NCBI GenBank assembly: GCA_902492325.1
Contig: CABULC010000005.1
Span: forward strand, 6,162 to 70,161
From: an uncultured Clostridium sp.
GTDB taxonomy: Bacteria; Bacillota_I; Bacilli_A; RF39; UBA660
DNA: 64,000 nucleotides
Reading direction: 5' to 3'
In this document: one piece after another, positions 59,933 through 64,000 of the stretch
Position numbering within the stretch: the stretch's first letter is position 1
Layout of the letters: the number at the start of each line of letters is the position of its first letter
The notes under the pieces: generated by a model
The model's database searches: none
The model's input: the letters and a program-made list of their open reading frames with translations, nothing else
Told to the model about the DNA's origin: nothing
Made by a program: the position numbers and the translations under genes

Positions 59933-61795
59933 ATGGCAATAACTAAAACAAATTTTATAGATTATACTAGATGTAGAAGATATAGTGCTCTTGAGAATAT
60001 TAGAAAAGATAAACTTGATTCTAAAATGACTATAGAAGAATACATGAGGGAAAGTGAAAAAGAGGAATATAGAGAACTTTTAGGTGATATGTTTGAAAGT
60101 ACTGATGAAGGAGATACTGATTTAACTAAAAAAGAAGATAAAGAATTATCTGCGATGATGAAATATTATAAAGAAGTAGAACTTGAAAGTGCATTTAAAG
60201 CTAAAAGAATATTTAATGGTAAATTTGTTTATAGTGAAAACACATATAATCAAGAATCTTTTGATTTTGTTCATAATGGTATTAGATATTTATGTTATGT
60301 AGATATTTATAATGAAAATGATGATGAAATAAATATTATAGAAGTTAAATCTACTACTAGTAGAAACTATATAGAAGGATTAAAATATGGAGAAAATTCA
60401 AAAGAGAAAAAAGATATGTTTATACTTGAAGATGAAATTTATAGACTTAATAAACCAATAAATGGTAGTGAAAAGTTAATAAAGAAATTTAATGAAAAAT
60501 ATAAAAAGCTATTTGATAGATATAGTGATGTGGGACGTTATGTTTTTGATTTAGCTGTTCAAAGATATATAATTGAGAATGATTTAAAAAGTCATAATAT
60601 AAAGAAACATGTTAATTATTATTTATCAGTACTTAATCATAATTATGTATATGATGGATATATGGTAGGAGAAAAACGAATTTATAGAACTATAAATGGA
60701 GAAGATATAGTAAGTTTCTTTGATATGAATGAAATAACTAAGGAATATATGCCTATTATAGAATCTATGGTAAAGACTCTTGAAAATAATATTTATAATC
60801 CTGATTCTAGTCCTTGCAATGTAGGAGTACATTGTTCATACAAAGAGAAATGTGAATGTAAATATAGAAGTATTTGTTATAAAAATTTACCAGAGTATAA
60901 TGCTAGTTTTAATTATATTGGTTTTACTGATAGGATTGGTTTAGGGCCAGATAAATATAACAAATATGATTTAATAAATAATGGATATTATAAGTTAGAT
61001 GATGTACCTATAGAGTGGTTACAAAATAAACCTAATATGTTAATTGAGAGAGACTGTTATGATAATGATAAAACATATTTAGATAAAGAAAAGATAAAAG
61101 CTATGTTTGATACTTTAGAGTATCCAATATATCATTTAGATTTTGAAAGTTTTCCTTGTCCAATGCCTAGATTTAAAGGTGAAAGGCCGTACACTCAATC
61201 ATGTTTTGAATTTAGTTTACATATAGAGCACGAACCTGGAGTTTGTGATAAAGACAATGATAACTATGTATTTTTAGCTGAAACTTTAAATGATGAAAGA
61301 CTAGAAATGGTAAAAGAAATAGTTAAAAGAATAGATCCTAATAAAGGTACTATGTTTGCTCAAAATGTTACATTTGAAAGAAGTAGATTAAAAGAACTTG
61401 CGTATATATTTCCAGAGTATAAAGAACATCTACTTAAAATAGTAGAGAAGTCTACAGATTTACTTTATTTTATAAAAAATAATCAAAGTATATATGAAGA
61501 GTTAGGTTTTGATGATGAAAGAAGTAAACTCGTAAATTTCTATCATAAAAATCTTAGTGGAAGTTATTCAATTAAGAAGACTTTACCAGTACTTAGTGAT
61601 TTAACTTATAAAAACTTGGAAGTTAAAAATGGTACTGAAGCATTAGTAACATATTCATTATATGATGATATGACACCGGATGATTTGGAAAGAGCTAAAA
61701 AGAATTTAAGAATATATTGTAAACAAGATACTTGGGCTATGGTAGTAATATTGGATGCTTTACGTAATCTTGTAAAAGATGATAGAAAGGAATAA
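59933..61795 (+). CDS. DUF2779-like predicted nuclease (PD-(D/E)XK core with Cys cluster) with additional C-terminal domain
   Basis: N-terminus MAITKTNFIDYTRCRR (DUF2779-like). D...EVK motif (VDIYNEND...INIIEVKS). Cys cluster C-x5-C-x5-C-x-C-x5-C (CNVGVHCSYKEKCECKYRSIC). C-terminal half has HLDFESF (possible DEDD-like acidic motif). Confidence 0.45.
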   Translation: MAITKTNFIDYTRCRRYSALENIRKDKLDSKMTIEEYMRESEKEEYRELLGDMFESTDEGDTDLTKKEDKELSAMMKYYKEVELESAFKAKRIFNGKFVYSENTYNQESFDFVHNGIRYLCYVDIYNENDDEINIIEVKSTTSRNYIEGLKYGENSKEKKDMFILEDEIYRLNKPINGSEKLIKKFNEKYKKLFDRYSDVGRYVFDLAVQRYIIENDLKSHNIKKHVNYYLSVLNHNYVYDGYMVGEKRIYRTINGEDIVSFFDMNEITKEYMPIIESMVKTLENNIYNPDSSPCNVGVHCSYKEKCECKYRSICYKNLPEYNASFNYIGFTDRIGLGPDKYNKYDLINNGYYKLDDVPIEWLQNKPNMLIERDCYDNDKTYLDKEKIKAMFDTLEYPIYHLDFESFPCPMPRFKGERPYTQSCFEFSLHIEHEPGVCDKDNDNYVFLAETLNDERLEMVKEIVKRIDPNKGTMFAQNVTFERSRLKELAYIFPEYKEHLLKIVEKSTDLLYFIKNNQSIYEELGFDDERSKLVNFYHKNLSGSYSIKKTLPVLSDLTYKNLEVKNGTEALVTYSLYDDMTPDDLERAKKNLRIYCKQDTWAMVVILDALRNLVKDDRKE

Positions 61796-61826
61796 ATAAT
61801 AATAGAAAGTGTGATAATATTAAAGT

Positions 61827-62159
61827 ATGAATGAGAGAATGGATAGAAAAAGTTTTTTAATTATATTTATAATAATATTTGTTTTAGTACTATTAGGTGC
61901 ATTAATTGGATTTTTATATAGAGATTATAATAAACTTGATGACACTACTCATAAATTTAATGTTCCTGTCTCTAAATATATAATCATAGATGGAACTATG
62001 GTGACAAGTGATATGGTAGAAATCAAAGAAATGGTTCTTGATAGTACAGATGGTATAGTTATGGACATTAATGATGTGGTTGGCAAATGCGTTAAAAATA
62101 ATGTTAAAGTTGATGCAGGAAAGGTTTTTAAAATTGATGACATTGAAGAGTGCAATTAA
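61827..62159 (+). CDS. small membrane hypothetical protein
   Basis: 110 aa, one N-terminal TM helix. Confidence 0.4.
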   Translation: MNERMDRKSFLIIFIIIFVLVLLGALIGFLYRDYNKLDDTTHKFNVPVSKYIIIDGTMVTSDMVEIKEMVLDSTDGIVMDINDVVGKCVKNNVKVDAGKVFKIDDIEECN

Positions 62160-62649
62160 AACATTTGGTATAGCTTTGATACTTATACTTTTAACGGGGT
62201 GTGGTAATAAACTAGATATTAAAATATCTGATGATAGAAGTGACTTTAAAGTTATGGAAAAAACTGGTTACATAGAACTAAATTATAAAGATAAAATATA
62301 TAACTTGCATAATTACGAAGGAAAAACTAAAGAAATTGTTTTAATACCTAATTGTTCTATGGATGAAAGCTATTTAAGCGTAACACTTCTTACTGAAGAC
62401 AATTTATACTTTCTGATGATTGATGATGAAGATTTGGAGAATGCTAGTGATTTAAATTTTACTTGGATTAGTGAAAGTAAAAATATAAAAGATTTAGATT
62501 ATACTAAAGATATAGAACAAAAAAGTGATAAGTATTTATATTGCTTTAGAAATGTTCAGATTAATTATATAAATGGAAGTAAAAAGAGTATATTAATGTC
62601 ATATGATAGTGATACTATTAAAAAATATGATTTAATAAATTTTAATTAG
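62137..62649 (+). CDS. lipoprotein, hypothetical
   Basis: Lipobox ILLTGC. ATG 62137 with AGGAAAGG upstream; the track ORF starts earlier at 62071. Confidence 0.55.
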   Translation: MTLKSAIKTFGIALILILLTGCGNKLDIKISDDRSDFKVMEKTGYIELNYKDKIYNLHNYEGKTKEIVLIPNCSMDESYLSVTLLTEDNLYFLMIDDEDLENASDLNFTWISESKNIKDLDYTKDIEQKSDKYLYCFRNVQINYINGSKKSILMSYDSDTIKKYDLINFN

Positions 62650-62735
62650 TTGTAAATTTAATGTAAAAAAATGTGTATATTAGTTGTATAGAACTTTAGA
62701 ATTGGTTATATTATTAGTGTAGGGAGATGGTAAAA

Positions 62736-62936
62736 GTGATATATCCTTCAATCGATAGACTATTAAACATTGTTGACTCTAAATATAAGTTAGTTCATAT
62801 AGCTGCAGATAGAGCCAAAGTTATGAAAGAACATAAACATTTTCAAATGCCTGAAAGTGAGTATGTATCTAAAAAAGAAATAGGAAGGGCATTAGAAGAA
62901 GTAGATAGAGGATTAATTACAATTAAGAATAATTAA
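62736..62936 (+). CDS. rpoZ: DNA-directed RNA polymerase subunit omega
   Basis: ~66 aa collinear with Bacillus RpoZ (..YPSIDRLLNIVDSKYKLVHIAADRAKVM...EIGRALEEVDRGLIT). GTG 62736 9 nt after AGGGAG; the track start is ATG 62727. Confidence 0.8.
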   Translation: MIYPSIDRLLNIVDSKYKLVHIAADRAKVMKEHKHFQMPESEYVSKKEIGRALEEVDRGLITIKNN

Positions 62937-62975
62937 TTCTTTTTTTCTTGGTACTAGTTTTACTAGTATTTTTTT
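62916..62975 (+). terminator. two tandem rho-independent terminators after rpoZ
   Basis: AAGAAT-aatta-ATTCTT + T7, then TACTAGT-ttt-ACTAGTA + T7. Confidence 0.6.
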
Positions 62976-62996
62976 GATTTACAAATAGGTTAAAAT
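62968..62996 (+). promoter_or_regulatory. putative sigma-A promoter for the esaB-essC operon
   Basis: -35 TTTACA (62968-62973), 17-bp spacer, -10 TAAAAT (62991-62996). Confidence 0.35.
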
Positions 62997-63030
62997 ATTA
63001 TAAAATTATATTAGCATAGTAGGTGAAAAT

Positions 63031-63276
63031 ATGTACGAGAATAAAGTGTTAATTAGACTTAGTATTTTATCTTTAAATGATAGTTATGAATTATTTATAC
63101 CTGTTAATGAAAAAATAGGTAATATCACTAGATTACTTAATAATACAATGTTTGACTCTATAGATTTTTCAAGAAATATTATCTTAATAAATGTTCAAAA
63201 TGGACAATATTATAAAAATAATACAATAATAAGAGATACTGATATAGTTAATGGCACACATTTATTATTGTTATAG
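63031..63276 (+). CDS. esaB: type VIIb secretion ubiquitin-like protein EsaB/YukD
   Basis: 81 aa. YukD-like pattern with C-terminal ...IRDTDIVNGTHLLLL (compare YukD ...LSDCGITNGDRLEIL). Confidence 0.55.
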   Translation: MYENKVLIRLSILSLNDSYELFIPVNEKIGNITRLLNNTMFDSIDFSRNIILINVQNGQYYKNNTIIRDTDIVNGTHLLLL

Positions 63277-63287
63277 GAGTTGTTATT

Positions 63288-64000
63288 ATGAATTTATATT
63301 TATTTGGTGATAATGAAATTATTAGATTTATTTTGCCTTTGAAAAAGATTGGTAATTTTTGGATGTCTAATAGTAATGATGAAAATATTATAAATATTAA
63401 GAGTGAAAATAATGAATGGATTATTAGTGGAAGTGAAAATGTTAAGATTAATGGTGGCAGTGAAGAAATAACATTAAAGATTAAAACATATTATGAAGTG
63501 GTAAAAGATAATGATAAATATTTATTATTTGCTGATTGGCTTGTAGATAATTCTTTTTCTAGATATAAAGTCGAATCACCAAAAGTTCAATTTGGTACTT
63601 CTAATCAAAATAATTTATCTATACCTTCTGATCATTTTAAAGATAAAGAATATACTTTAGATAAAATTAATGACAGTTGGAAAATTACTGTTAATCAAAA
63701 CTCTAATGTTTATTTAAACAATAGTAAGATTACTGAAACTGAGGTTATTCTTAATCCGGGGGATGAAATAAATGTTAATGGTTTTAGATTAGTTGTTACT
63801 ACTACACATTTTTTTATGAATAATCCTTTTAATAATTTAAATATTGGATGTTCTATAGCTGTTGATAAAATAGTACTTGACGATAAGGTAGAAGATGAAG
63901 AAATATCAAATGATAAGATTTATAAAGATGAAGATTATTTTTTAATATCTCCTAGAATTAAAAGAGAAATAGAAGAATTTGATATGAGTATAGATTCTCC
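63288..64000 (+). CDS. essC: type VIIb secretion FtsK/SpoIIIE-family ATPase EssC/YukB, N-terminal FHA-like region (5' partial, runs off window)
   Basis: AGGAG RBS before ATG 63288. Open to the window end. ...NSKITETEVILNPGDEINVNGFRLVVTT aligns with the YukB N-terminal forkhead-like domain (NGEKINANTPLKPGDEIFWNFTQMRVTE). Confidence 0.55.
   Translation, partial: MNLYLFGDNEIIRFILPLKKIGNFWMSNSNDENIINIKSENNEWIISGSENVKINGGSEEITLKIKTYYEVVKDNDKYLLFADWLVDNSFSRYKVESPKVQFGTSNQNNLSIPSDHFKDKEYTLDKINDSWKITVNQNSNVYLNNSKITETEVILNPGDEINVNGFRLVVTTTHFFMNNPFNNLNIGCSIAVDKIVLDDKVEDEEISNDKIYKDEDYFLISPRIKREIEEFDMSIDS

Overview
This is a very AT-rich chromosomal segment from a low-GC Gram-positive bacterium that uses the standard genetic code. 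Trp is encoded by TGG throughout, and TGA is used as a stop codon.

A SpoVS homologue, a CotD-like Cys/His-rich protein and a STAS-sigma pair suggest a spore-forming Clostridia-like Firmicute; this is inference only.

Housekeeping genes dominate the window:
- leuS, arcA-arcB with an upstream amino-acid ABC importer, cdsA-rseP, tRNA-Arg(CCT), a YfhO-family membrane protein, recD2 and an AI-2E transporter.
- spoVS, a 5-formyl-THF cyclo-ligase gene, cdaA-cdaR, rplJ-rplL with an L10 leader attenuator, a ybxB-like methyltransferase and rpoB-rpoC.
- ffh, pyk, trmL and rpoZ.

Accessory blocks of surface and unknown-function genes are interspersed:
1. Three genes for proteins with a prepilin-type (class III, G^F...E) N-terminus fused to large extracellular domains, at 5411, 26729 and 53206. 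Two carry DUF285/BspA-type 24-aa repeats. Two share an ~85% identical ~390-bp pilin-like 5' module but have different C-terminal domains, and one of these is interrupted by an in-frame GGA->TGA nonsense codon.
2. Two membrane-anchored hydrolase paralogues (49343 and 58300) that share a ~99% identical ~530-bp 5' module fused to different catalytic domains, alpha/beta-hydrolase-like versus SGNH.
3. A STAS antagonist translationally coupled to a sigma factor with no anti-sigma kinase between them.
4. A surface protein with an NPKTG sortase sorting signal.
5. A vWA / membrane / binding-protein-like trio.
6. A 575-aa dual-HTH XRE-family regulator divergent from two secreted proteins.
7. A cadC / HMA / P1B-ATPase metal-resistance trio.
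8. A DUF2779-like PD-(D/E)XK and Cys-cluster nuclease.
9. The start of a type VIIb secretion locus (esaB, essC N-terminus) immediately after rpoZ.

No rRNA, CRISPR array or obvious transposase/integrase was found.
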